Source of the DNA: Myxococcales bacterium
Lineage (GTDB): Bacteria; Myxococcota_A; Polyangia; Polyangiales; JADJMO01
Direction: 5' to 3'
DNA length: 64,000 nt
Assembly (NCBI GenBank): GCA_016794445.1
Contig: JAEUKC010000164.1
Coordinates: 4,944 to 68,943, forward strand
Shown here: piece by piece, positions 1 through 8,164 of the stretch
Numbering within the stretch: the stretch's first letter is position 1
Layout: each line of letters opens with the position of its first letter
Made by a program: the position numbers and the translations under genes
Notes under the pieces: model-generated
Told to the model about the DNA's origin: nothing
Database searches by the model: none
The model's input: only the letters and a program-made list of their open reading frames with translations

Positions 1-2713
1 CGGTGTCACCCCTCGCACCAAGACGGTTTCCCGGCTGATAGGTGCGGGCTTGATCATCGAAGAGGTTCGTCGCGCGATCGTAGTTGTATCGCTCCCGCGC
101 AACCTGTGCGTCGCCGTAGCTGAGGACCTGATGGCGTTCATCGTACGCGTACTCACCACCCCCGAGTTCGCTGTCCCAACGACGCAGCATTCGCCCCGAC
201 GGGGAGAATGCGAATGCTTTGGTGAGGCGCGCGCCAGTCGGTTCCTCACCGACCCACTCGGGCTCTTTCGCTCGCGGAGCCGCCGTCGCGGTGATGACGC
301 GTCGGCGGACGATGTTGCCCACGGGATCGTAGGCCGTGTCAATCCTCGACCTGCCGAACAGCCGTTGGGTCTCCTGACCCACCTCGTCACGCCGGAACTC
401 GACGCGCGTTCCGTCGAGAACGACATCGGTGACTCGTCCGAAGGCATCGCGTCCCACGGTGCGGACGTGACCGAGGCTGCTTCTCAATCCGACGACGTCG
501 CGGTGAGGATCGAGGTCGTAGTCGACGCTATGCGAAGCACCGTCAACGGTCTGCGTCTCACGAGTCAGCACTCCAGCCTTGTTGCGGTCCCAACGAATCT
601 CCCATGGGAGGCCGTTGCTACTGCCGTTGGCCCGAACGAGCTGCCCACGCAAGTCGTAATGGAAGGCCGCGCCCGACCCATCCGAGTGTGTTACTTCAGC
701 GACCTGCCCCATCACATCACGAACATAGTCGGTGATGTGACCGTTACCATCCTCGTAGCGAACGAGTGAACCTTCAGCGTCGTATCGATACCTTTGCACA
801 CGCCCGTCGAACGACGAGATCTGGACGACGTCGCCATTGGCATTGTGGGAGAGCCTGCGAATCTCCCCGTTCTCGTTGATCACCGCTACGAGATTCTCTT
901 CGCGATCGTACAAATACGAGACCGTTGCACCAGTCGCGTAGGTGACTCCGACGACACTATGCATACCGTTGTAGTGAAACGTCGTGGTGTAGCCATCTGG
1001 ATCGATGGCATGAACAAGGTCCTCTTGCGCGTTGTACGAGTATCGCCAGATTCCACCGTCCGGCCGATGGAGTGCGATCAATAGGAAGCGCTCGTCGAAG
1101 GTGTAGCGGGTGACAGCACCATTGGCCTCGACCATTGACATAGGCCGACCCCAGTAGTCGTACGTGTACCGAGTAGTCGTCCCATCGGGTCGGCGAATCG
1201 CGACGAGATTGCCGTATTGATCCCAGTCAAAGCCGGTGTGCCCGCCATTCGGATGAATCTGCTCGAGCACCAGCCCGCGCGTGTCGTAACGGTAGGTTGT
1301 GATCTCGCCCATGCCCAGCGTCTCGGCGACGACGTTCCCTCGCGTGTCGCGCACCACGGTGACGATGGTACCCATGGAGTCGGCGACCTCCGTCACGCGC
1401 CCGGACGCATCCCGTGTTGTCGCGATGACGTTCCCGGTCGGCTCGATTTCTCGAACCAGGCGACCTCGCTGGTCGTATTCAAAGGCAAACGACGCGCCGG
1501 GCGTGTTCTCGATTGAGGCAAGATTCCCGTTGTTGTCAAACGTTCGTGTTGACGTTAGATCGGCCGAGACGGATTTCTCTACCAGCCCGTCTTCGTTGCT
1601 GAAGAAGCGCTGGACCGAGACCGAGTCGACAGCTTCGCTGTAGCCATCGTCGCCATACGTGATCTTGCAATGCAGCGCGCCGCGGGCTGGTGTGCTGTCG
1701 TCCAGGAACTTGGGCACATCCGGGCTCAGCCCTGGAATCGTACCGTTTGGGAAGCAGGTCCAGGTTTCGGTGCAGCGCTGCTGACTGTCATAACGGTAGT
1801 GAGTAGTGGGACCACTCGGCGGTGTGTGCGAGAGGAGAAAGTGCTGTTCGTCGTACACGAAACTGTGTTCGTATCCGGCGCCGTCGACGACACCGACCAG
1901 GTCACCCGCATCGCTGTACTTGTATTCGACGAGGTCGACCCAGTGTCCCCCCTCCGCAGTCTTGATCGAGAAGACGCGAATGCGACCGAACCGATCGTGC
2001 CCGACGCGAATGGTTCGGCCGCCGCTGTCCTTGATCTCTACGAGACGTCCGTCGTCGTACGTGAGCTCGATTCGATTGTGATTCGCATCATCGATCGCAG
2101 TGAGTAGGTACTCTTTGCCATCTGGTGTGGCCGAGAAGATGTGCCAGAGTTCGCCGTCCTCGTCGAGCGCGAAGCCCCACTTCTCTCGGCGCAAGACGAG
2201 ACCGCCCTCGCACAAGGCTTCACCGCCCTCCTGCGGCAGCTCGGTCTCAATCACCTCGCCCGCATCGTTCAGGATCTCTACACGTTTTCCATGGACAGTG
2301 ATGCGCCAACCCAGAGAGAAGACCCAGCCGAATCCCAGCCCCACGTCACGCCGGGCGTTGGCGGTGTTGTACTGACGTAGGATGTTGAGGGGCAGCGGCC
2401 CAGGAAAGAAGACGTCCGTTTCGGGAATCGTGTAGACGCTCCCAGTACCGACGTCGATCGGATCGCCCTTGCCCTTGCCGCTGTTGCACTTGCCGCACTT
2501 GCCAGCCTTGCCCTTGCCGCACTTCTTCCCGTTCTTCTTCCCCCCCTTGGCGCCCTTCTTTCCTTTCTTCTTGCCAGCGCCCTTTTTCCCCTTACCCTTC
2601 TTGGAGCCCTTCCCCCCGGCGCCACCGCCGCCACCCCCGCCAGCCGCCACAGCTATGCCGGGGCACATGCCAGGAATGGGGGGTATGTTGGGAGCGGGCG
2701 AGGTCCTAGCCAT
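1..2713 (-). CDS. Rhs/YD-repeat protein, N-terminal ~904 codons; the C-terminus and toxin tip lie beyond the left edge
   Basis: Absent from the ORF track because no stop codon falls inside the window. My hand translation of the minus strand starts at ATG 2713 (GAGG 7 nt upstream, in-frame TGA four codons upstream). It gives MARTSPAPNIPPIPGMCPG, a Lys/Gly-rich tract, DPIDVGTGSVY (an Rhs N-terminal-type motif), then uninterrupted YD repeats down to position 1 (YDQRGRLV, YDTRGLV, YDYWGRP, YDAEGSLV, YDLRGQLV, YDPVGNIV). Confidence 0.8.
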   Translation of the reverse strand, partial: MARTSPAPNIPPIPGMCPGIAVAAGGGGGGGAGGKGSKKGKGKKGAGKKKGKKGAKGGKKNGKKCGKGKAGKCGKCNSGKGKGDPIDVGTGSVYTIPETDVFFPGPLPLNILRQYNTANARRDVGLGFGWVFSLGWRITVHGKRVEILNDAGEVIETELPQEGGEALCEGGLVLRREKWGFALDEDGELWHIFSATPDGKEYLLTAIDDANHNRIELTYDDGRLVEIKDSGGRTIRVGHDRFGRIRVFSIKTAEGGHWVDLVEYKYSDAGDLVGVVDGAGYEHSFVYDEQHFLLSHTPPSGPTTHYRYDSQQRCTETWTCFPNGTIPGLSPDVPKFLDDSTPARGALHCKITYGDDGYSEAVDSVSVQRFFSNEDGLVEKSVSADLTSTRTFDNNGNLASIENTPGASFAFEYDQRGRLVREIEPTGNVIATTRDASGRVTEVADSMGTIVTVVRDTRGNVVAETLGMGEITTYRYDTRGLVLEQIHPNGGHTGFDWDQYGNLVAIRRPDGTTTRYTYDYWGRPMSMVEANGAVTRYTFDERFLLIALHRPDGGIWRYSYNAQEDLVHAIDPDGYTTTFHYNGMHSVVGVTYATGATVSYLYDREENLVAVINENGEIRRLSHNANGDVVQISSFDGRVQRYRYDAEGSLVRYEDGNGHITDYVRDVMGQVAEVTHSDGSGAAFHYDLRGQLVRANGSSNGLPWEIRWDRNKAGVLTRETQTVDGASHSVDYDLDPHRDVVGLRSSLGHVRTVGRDAFGRVTDVVLDGTRVEFRRDEVGQETQRLFGRSRIDTAYDPVGNIVRRRVITATAAPRAKEPEWVGEEPTGARLTKAFAFSPSGRMLRRWDSELGGGEYAYDERHQVLSYGDAQVARERYNYDRATNLFDDQARTYQPGNRLGARGDT

Positions 2714-2835
2714 GGGTGGACCTCAGTTCGGCGGGCGAGAGCTTGGCGAGCGTGTCCATGGGTCTAGGCCTCGGAGAGTAGCTGGTTTCCCTGTAGTGGA
2801 TAGGTCCCTCGCAAGCCCCGTTCGTTACCACCTAC

Positions 2836-3948
2836 ATGCCCTCCGTCGTACCCAACCCCCGTGGAGGCCCGTATCTCGCCGACTACCCCGAGCTCTGCGC
2901 GCAGCTCGATCGGGAGTACAACGACCTGGACGTCGATCCCGACGAGATCCGCCACGGCTCGGGGAAACGCCTGTGGTGGCGCTGCAAGGAGGGCCCCGAC
3001 CACGTGTGGGAGCAGCGGGTCTGCAACCGCACCCGTGGCTCCGGCTGCCCGTTCTGCGCCGGCGTCCAGGTCTCCGTCACCAACTGCCTGGCGACGCGCA
3101 ACCCGGAGGTGGCGGCACAGTGGCACCCCACCCTCAACGCGCTGAAGCCCACCGAGGTGGTCGCGGGCTCCTCCATCGAGGCCTGGTTCGTCTGCCCTCG
3201 AGGGCCCGACCACGTCTGGTCGACGAGGCTCTTCAAGCGCACCCTCGACGGCAGCGGCTGTCCCTTCTGCGCAGGGTTCCAGGTCTCCGTCACCAACAGC
3301 CTGGCCACGCAGTTCCCCGAGCTCGTCCCGGAGTGGCACGCCAACCGCAACGGCCGGCTCGAGCCTCACCTCGTCGTGGCGGGCTCCACGCAGAAGGTCT
3401 GGTGGCGCTGCGCCAAGGGCACGGATCACGTCTGGGAAGCGAGCCTCCACGACCGCACCGCGGGCGGCACCGGCTGTCCGTTCTGCGCCAATGTCGCGAT
3501 CTCCAGGACCAACTCCGTCGCCGCCCTGGCGCCTCACCTCGTCGACGAGTGGGACGCCGAGCGCAACGGCGTGCCCGCGTCCCTCGCCCTCGGCGTCACC
3601 AAGGCCAAGGCGTGGTGGCGCTGCTCGAAGGATCGCCGCCATCGGTTCTCGGCGGCCGTGCGCAACCGCGTCGTCGGTGGCGCGGGCTGTCCCATCTGCC
3701 AGAAGCGCGAGCTCCACCCGACCAACACGCTCGCCCGGGTCTCGCCGCAGATGGCTGCGCTGTGGCACCCGACGCTCAACGGCAAGCTCACGCCGCGCGA
3801 CGTCGTCGCGGGAGGGCGGCGGCTGATCTGGTGGGTCTGCCCGCGGAACTCCGAGCACGTCTGGCGCGCTGGCCTGACGAGCCGGATGAGAGCGAAGCAG
3901 GACTGCCCCTTCTGCCGGACCGACGCGGTCCCCATCCGCCCCCAGTGA
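2836..3948 (+). CDS. Protein made of five tandem treble-clef zinc-ribbon repeats (DUF4379-like 'probable zinc-ribbon' units)
   Basis: 370-aa ORF. A ~70-aa unit recurs five times: WW[RV]C-x2-G-x-[DE]HVW ... G[ST]GCPFC ... TN[SC]LA ... P[EH]L ... [EQ]W[HD]. ATG start. Divergent from the Rhs gene. Confidence 0.75.
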   Translation: MPSVVPNPRGGPYLADYPELCAQLDREYNDLDVDPDEIRHGSGKRLWWRCKEGPDHVWEQRVCNRTRGSGCPFCAGVQVSVTNCLATRNPEVAAQWHPTLNALKPTEVVAGSSIEAWFVCPRGPDHVWSTRLFKRTLDGSGCPFCAGFQVSVTNSLATQFPELVPEWHANRNGRLEPHLVVAGSTQKVWWRCAKGTDHVWEASLHDRTAGGTGCPFCANVAISRTNSVAALAPHLVDEWDAERNGVPASLALGVTKAKAWWRCSKDRRHRFSAAVRNRVVGGAGCPICQKRELHPTNTLARVSPQMAALWHPTLNGKLTPRDVVAGGRRLIWWVCPRNSEHVWRAGLTSRMRAKQDCPFCRTDAVPIRPQ

Positions 3949-3957
3949 GTCGGCCCG

Positions 3958-5484
3958 TCACTCCGCGACGCCGATGCTGGGGGCCGAGGCGCTCCGCGGC
4001 ACGCAGAACGCATCGAGCGGCACCTCCTTGGCGGGCACGCCGTTCCCGCGCGCCTTCGCGGTCGGCGCGAGCCGGAACCCCTCGAACGTGAGCGGCACGC
4101 TGGGCGAAAGGAGCCCGCACGCGCCGGTCACCGGCTTCTTGTCCACCACGTCGCCGACGTCGGTCACCTCGTAGCAGTTGCCCTGCGCGGTCACCGGCGC
4201 GCCACGCACGTCGAAGGCCATGGGCGCGACGAGCACGTTGTCGACGATGCGGATCGGCCCCGGCGCGGCGGCCGAGGGTCCCGGCTTGGCGAAGCGGAAC
4301 GCCGCATCTTTTCCCTGCCAGACCACGTTGTGGGCGAACACGAGGTCGCCGTAGGTGTTGCCCTTGGCGTCGAAGTCGCTGTACCAGCCGAACGCCGTGC
4401 CGACGCGCGCGACGACGTTGTTGGCGACCACCACGTGCTCGGTGGCGAACGGCGCCGGGTCGGAGCTGCCGTACTCCTCGACCATCAGATCGACGCCGGT
4501 CATCGCCGAGCCGCCGATGTCGCGCGTGGTCGAGGTGGTCCACACGAGGTTGCGCTCGACGCGCAGGTTGCGCGTGTGGTCGCCGTAGATCCCCGTGGAG
4601 TAGCAGTCGCTGACCGCGTTGTCGGCGATGGTCGCGCCGTCGACGAAGGCCGCGATGATGCACTCGCCCCACACCTCGTGCACGCGGTTGCGGCGAATCA
4701 CCAGGTTGGTCGTGAGCGCGCCCGACTTGCCGTGGAAGGTGTCGATGCCGCCCGGCCAGCCGCCGCCCGACATGGCGCCACCCGCGTTGACGCTGGCGAC
4801 GTCCCAGATCTCGTTGTCCTCGGCGACGAGGTTCGTGCCCACGAGCAGGAGCCCCTCGCGCGTGCCCGCGTGCAGGCGCAGATCGCGCACCGTGACGTGG
4901 TCGCAGTCCTCGACGTGGACGAGCGCGCCGCCCTTCTGCACCTCGAGCCCCTCGACGAGCACGTACGAGGACGCCGCGATCGTGAGCAGACCCGAACCCC
5001 CTCCACCCGCGGCGCTGCCGTCGAGGATCACCTTCTCGCCAGGCGCTGCGGCGATGCGAATCCACGCCCCGGCCTTGCCCACGAGCCCCTCGAGCACGAT
5101 GGCGCTCTTCGGCTGGTAGGTGCCGGCCCGCAGCAGGAGCGCGTCGCCCGCCTTGAGGCTGGGGCGCGCGCCGCCGATCGACGCGAAGGGTTTTGTCGCG
5201 CTGCCGTCGCCGCTGGTGTCGGAGCCGGTGGTCGCGACGTAGAGCGTGCGCGTGGCCGGGGGCACGTCCGCGCGGACGCTGCCGCACGGCGGCGGGGTCG
5301 GCACGGTGCCATCGCCGGCGCCGGTGTCGCTGCCCGCATCGCTCCCCGCGTCAACGCCGCTGCCGGTGTCGATCGGGTTGCCCGCGTCGTCCGTCGCCTG
5401 CGCCTCGCCGACTTCACCGATCCGACCCACACATCCGGGACCGACGAGCACCAGCGCCAGGAGGGCGCGGTAAGGGAGCTGCAT
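3958..5484 (-). CDS. Secreted right-handed parallel beta-helix (pectate-lyase-fold) lipoprotein
   Basis: Only the last 508 aa of the 712-aa track ORF are credible. The start MQLPYRALLALVLVGPGC carries a lipobox. An Asp/Gly/Ser linker follows, then beta-helix-type repeats (LVEGLEV, VTVRDLRLH, AEDNEIWD, IRRNRVHE, IADNAVSD, VERNLVW, VANNVV). Confidence 0.7.
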   Translation of the reverse strand: MQLPYRALLALVLVGPGCVGRIGEVGEAQATDDAGNPIDTGSGVDAGSDAGSDTGAGDGTVPTPPPCGSVRADVPPATRTLYVATTGSDTSGDGSATKPFASIGGARPSLKAGDALLLRAGTYQPKSAIVLEGLVGKAGAWIRIAAAPGEKVILDGSAAGGGGSGLLTIAASSYVLVEGLEVQKGGALVHVEDCDHVTVRDLRLHAGTREGLLLVGTNLVAEDNEIWDVASVNAGGAMSGGGWPGGIDTFHGKSGALTTNLVIRRNRVHEVWGECIIAAFVDGATIADNAVSDCYSTGIYGDHTRNLRVERNLVWTTSTTRDIGGSAMTGVDLMVEEYGSSDPAPFATEHVVVANNVVARVGTAFGWYSDFDAKGNTYGDLVFAHNVVWQGKDAAFRFAKPGPSAAAPGPIRIVDNVLVAPMAFDVRGAPVTAQGNCYEVTDVGDVVDKKPVTGACGLLSPSVPLTFEGFRLAPTAKARGNGVPAKEVPLDAFCVPRSASAPSIGVAE

Positions 5485-5516
5485 GGGATGAACTGGAGGA
5501 CACCCCGGCGGTCGAG

Positions 5517-6050
5517 TCAACCCTGGAGGGCGGCGAGCGCCCCGGCCACGTCGGCCACGACCGTCACGAACGATCGGTGCGCGCGCTGCACGAGCCCCTC
5601 CTGCGCGGCGTGATCGAGGAACCCGACGAGCGATCGGTAGAACCCCTCGAGATCGACCAGGATCACCGGGTGGCGCGGGCCGCCGAGCTGCTGGAGTGTC
5701 AGCGCCTCGAACGTCTCGTCGAGCGTGCCGTAGCCGCCGGGCAGCGAGACGAAGGCATCGGAGCGCTCGAACATCCGATCTTTGCGCGCGGCGAGCGAGT
5801 CCACCACGACGAGCTCGCTCAGGCCCTGGTGCGCGATCTCGCGGTCGACGAGCGAGCGCGGGATGACGCCGATCACGCGCCCCCCTTCGGCGAGCGCCGC
5901 GTCGGCCACCGCGCCCATCGTGCCGACGGAGGCGCCGCCGTACACGAGCTCGTGGCCCCCCCGCGCGAGCCCTGCGCCGAGGGCCTTCGCCGCCTCGAGG
6001 TAGACCGGACGCGCACCGGGCGCGGAACCACAGAAGACGCAGACCCTCAT
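5517..6050 (-). CDS. LOG-family (TIGR00730-type) nucleotide 5'-monophosphate nucleosidase
   Basis: The 177-aa C-terminal part of the 701-aa track ORF starts at MRVCVFCGS. Motifs seen: VYGGASVGTMGAVA and PGGYGTLDE. Its ATG overlaps the upstream gene's stop as ATGA. Confidence 0.85.
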   Translation of the reverse strand: MRVCVFCGSAPGARPVYLEAAKALGAGLARGGHELVYGGASVGTMGAVADAALAEGGRVIGVIPRSLVDREIAHQGLSELVVVDSLAARKDRMFERSDAFVSLPGGYGTLDETFEALTLQQLGGPRHPVILVDLEGFYRSLVGFLDHAAQEGLVQRAHRSFVTVVADVAGALAALQG

Positions 6051-6835
6051 CGAGACACCTCCGCGACCACCCCGTAGTGGTCGCTCGCGAAGACACCGTT
6101 CGTTCCCGGGCGATCGAAGCAGCGCCGCGCCGAGAGCGGACGCCCCCGCCCGCGCGCGTCGGGCCCGCGGACGAACACGTAGTCGATGCGGCGCTCGGGC
6201 TCGCGGTTCTGGGCGGCGAACGGGTTGCCGCACGAGAACGTGACGCCCTCGCCCTCGCCGACGAGCGCGAAGCAATCGGCGAAGTAGGTGCACGGGCCGC
6301 CGAGCCCGGTGAGCCCGCCGAGGAAGCGGATCTCGTCGGCGCCCGGCTCGGCGTTGAAGTCGCCCACCACGACCGGCGGGAACTCGTGGATCGGCGCGCG
6401 CGCCTTCACCGCGTCGGCCACGCAGCGCACCTGGAGGCAGCGCACGTGGCCCTCGTGCAGCTTCCAGTTGAGGTGGGTGACGAAGAACGGCAGCGGCCCC
6501 ATCGGGGCGTCGAGCACGGCGTGCACGAGGCAGCGCCGCTCGCTCGTGCCGCCGTCGGGGAGCGCGATCACCTCGCTGCGCAGCACCGGGAACCGCGAGA
6601 GGATCGCGTTGCCCATCTGGATCGGCTCTTCGCGCGTCGACCCGAACGCCACGTGGTACCCGAGCCCTTCGGCGATCGAGGCGGCCTGGTCGAACCCCTC
6701 GCCGCGCAGCGCCTCCTGCAGGCCGATCACGTCGGGCGCGAGCCCTTCGAGCTGCTCGCGGATCGTCGCGAGCCGCTGCTCCCACGGGTCGCAGCGATTC
6801 CAGACGTTGAGCGTGGCGACGCGCAGCCGGTCCAT
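6047..6835 (-). CDS. Endonuclease/exonuclease/phosphatase (EEP) family protein
   Basis: Motifs LRVATLNVW, GLQE, VVGDFNAEP, SDHYGVVAEV. I prefer the MDRLRV start at 6835 over 6907, because 6907 would overlap the divergent gene that starts at 6900. Confidence 0.75.
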   Translation of the reverse strand: MDRLRVATLNVWNRCDPWEQRLATIREQLEGLAPDVIGLQEALRGEGFDQAASIAEGLGYHVAFGSTREEPIQMGNAILSRFPVLRSEVIALPDGGTSERRCLVHAVLDAPMGPLPFFVTHLNWKLHEGHVRCLQVRCVADAVKARAPIHEFPPVVVGDFNAEPGADEIRFLGGLTGLGGPCTYFADCFALVGEGEGVTFSCGNPFAAQNREPERRIDYVFVRGPDARGRGRPLSARRCFDRPGTNGVFASDHYGVVAEVSR

Positions 6836-6899
6836 CGAAGGCGCCACCGTAGCGCGTGGGTCGCTTCCGGCCCAACGGCGCGCGTAGTACGCCTCTACC

Positions 6900-7847
6900 G
6901 TGCGCATCGCTCACTTCTCCGACCTGCACCTGCTCTCGCTCGAGGGCGTGCCGCTCCGCCGCTTCCTCAACAAGCGCGTCACCGGTTACGCCATGCTCCG
7001 CATGCACCGCAAGGGCGCCCACAAGCCCCACGCGGTGCGCGCCGTGGCCGACGAGGTCAAGCGGGCCCGGGTCGACCACGTGGCCATCACCGGCGACCTC
7101 ACCAACCTCGCCCTCGAGCCCGAGTTCGCCCTGGTGCGGCAGTTCCTCGAGGAAGATCTGGGCCTCGGTCCGGAACAGGTGAGCCTCGTCCCCGGCAACC
7201 ACGACGTCTACACCCGCGGCTCCGCCGACAAGCGCCGCTTCGAGCAGTACTTCGCCGAGTACCTCGCGAGCGACCTGCCGGAGCTCGGCGTCGAGCACTA
7301 CGGCGCGCGCTACCCGTTCGTGAAGCTCCGCGGCCCGCTCGCCCTCATCGGCCTCTCGTCGGCGGTGCCGCGCATGCCGATGATGGCCTCGGGCCGATTC
7401 GGCGCCGAGCAGATCCACGCGCTCCGCGGCAGCCTCGAGCACCCCGAGGTGAAGGGCCGCGGCAAGGTGATCCTGCAGCACCACCCCGCGCACAACCTCA
7501 AGAACCGCGTGCTCGCGTGGCTCGAGGGCCTCCACGACTCCGACCACATGCTCGCCACGCTCTCGCGCCTCGAGCACGGCCTCGTGCTGCACGGGCACTC
7601 GCACATCCGCGTGCGCCGCCACGTGGACACCGAGGTCGGTCGCATCGACGTCATCGGCGCGACCAGCGCGTCACTCCTCAGCGACCACCCGCACCGCCAC
7701 GCCGGGTTCAACCTCTACGACCTCGACGACCAGGGCCGCCTGCAGGCCGTCGAGGCCCACGTGCTCGGCGACGACGGCCAGTTCCGCCGCGTCGACGTGC
7801 CCGACTGCGACTACCGCCTCCGCCAGCGCCCCGAAGCACGCGCGTAG
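6900..7847 (+). CDS. Calcineurin-like metallophosphoesterase
   Basis: Motifs IAHFSDLHL, AITGDLTN, VPGNHD, LQHHP, LHGHSH, in the canonical order. Confidence 0.85.
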   Translation: MRIAHFSDLHLLSLEGVPLRRFLNKRVTGYAMLRMHRKGAHKPHAVRAVADEVKRARVDHVAITGDLTNLALEPEFALVRQFLEEDLGLGPEQVSLVPGNHDVYTRGSADKRRFEQYFAEYLASDLPELGVEHYGARYPFVKLRGPLALIGLSSAVPRMPMMASGRFGAEQIHALRGSLEHPEVKGRGKVILQHHPAHNLKNRVLAWLEGLHDSDHMLATLSRLEHGLVLHGHSHIRVRRHVDTEVGRIDVIGATSASLLSDHPHRHAGFNLYDLDDQGRLQAVEAHVLGDDGQFRRVDVPDCDYRLRQRPEARA

Positions 7848-8102
7848 TTGGCTGAGGGGGGCTCACGCCCCCCTCGGGGTCGGCCGCCGCGCCTCCACTT
7901 CGCCTGCGGCTCGTGGAGTCGCAGACCGCCGACCACCCCCGTGCGGCGCTGCGCGCCGGGATGGGCACGTGCTCGCCGCTCTTCTTGCCCGCCGGTTGGC
8001 TGAGGGGGGCTCACGCCCCCCTCGGGTCGGCCGCCGCCGACCACCCCCGTGCGGCGCTGCGCGCCGGGATGGGCACGTCCTCGCCGCCTTTCTTGCCCGC
8101 CG
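7847..8102. repeat. Two-copy composite intergenic repeat (REP-like), each copy with a perfect 9-bp GC hairpin
   Basis: Module A (gttggctgaggggggctcacgcccccctcgg) occurs at 7847-7878 and 7995-8026. Its hairpins gaggggggc/tcac/gcccccctc lie at 7854-7875 and 8002-8023. Module B (cgccgaccacccccgtgcggcgctgcgcgccgggatgggcacgt.ctcgccgc..ttcttgcccgcc) occurs at ~7927-7993 and ~8036-8102 with three mismatches. The element sits between convergent genes. Confidence 0.8.
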
Positions 8103-8164
8103 AGGCGCTACGCGCCCGGTCGAGCCCGCCCGACGGCTGCCACGCGACCTCGGGCGGCGCGGCC

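Noticed and set aside
2469-5287. Long ORFs 2469-4091 (+, 540 aa), 2764-3858 (-, 364 aa) and 3788-5287 (-, 499 aa).
   Set aside because: Their Arg/Pro/Ala/Gly-dominated translations are typical of out-of-frame or antisense shadows in high-GC DNA. They overlap the zinc-ribbon and beta-helix genes, which carry clear motifs.
6051-7622. N-terminal 524 aa of the 701-aa ORF 5517-7622 (-), and the 592-aa ORF 6077-7855 (+).
   Set aside because: Only the last 177 aa (LOG) look like a real protein. The rest is antisense or out of frame to the EEP and metallophosphoesterase genes and is Arg/Ala-rich.
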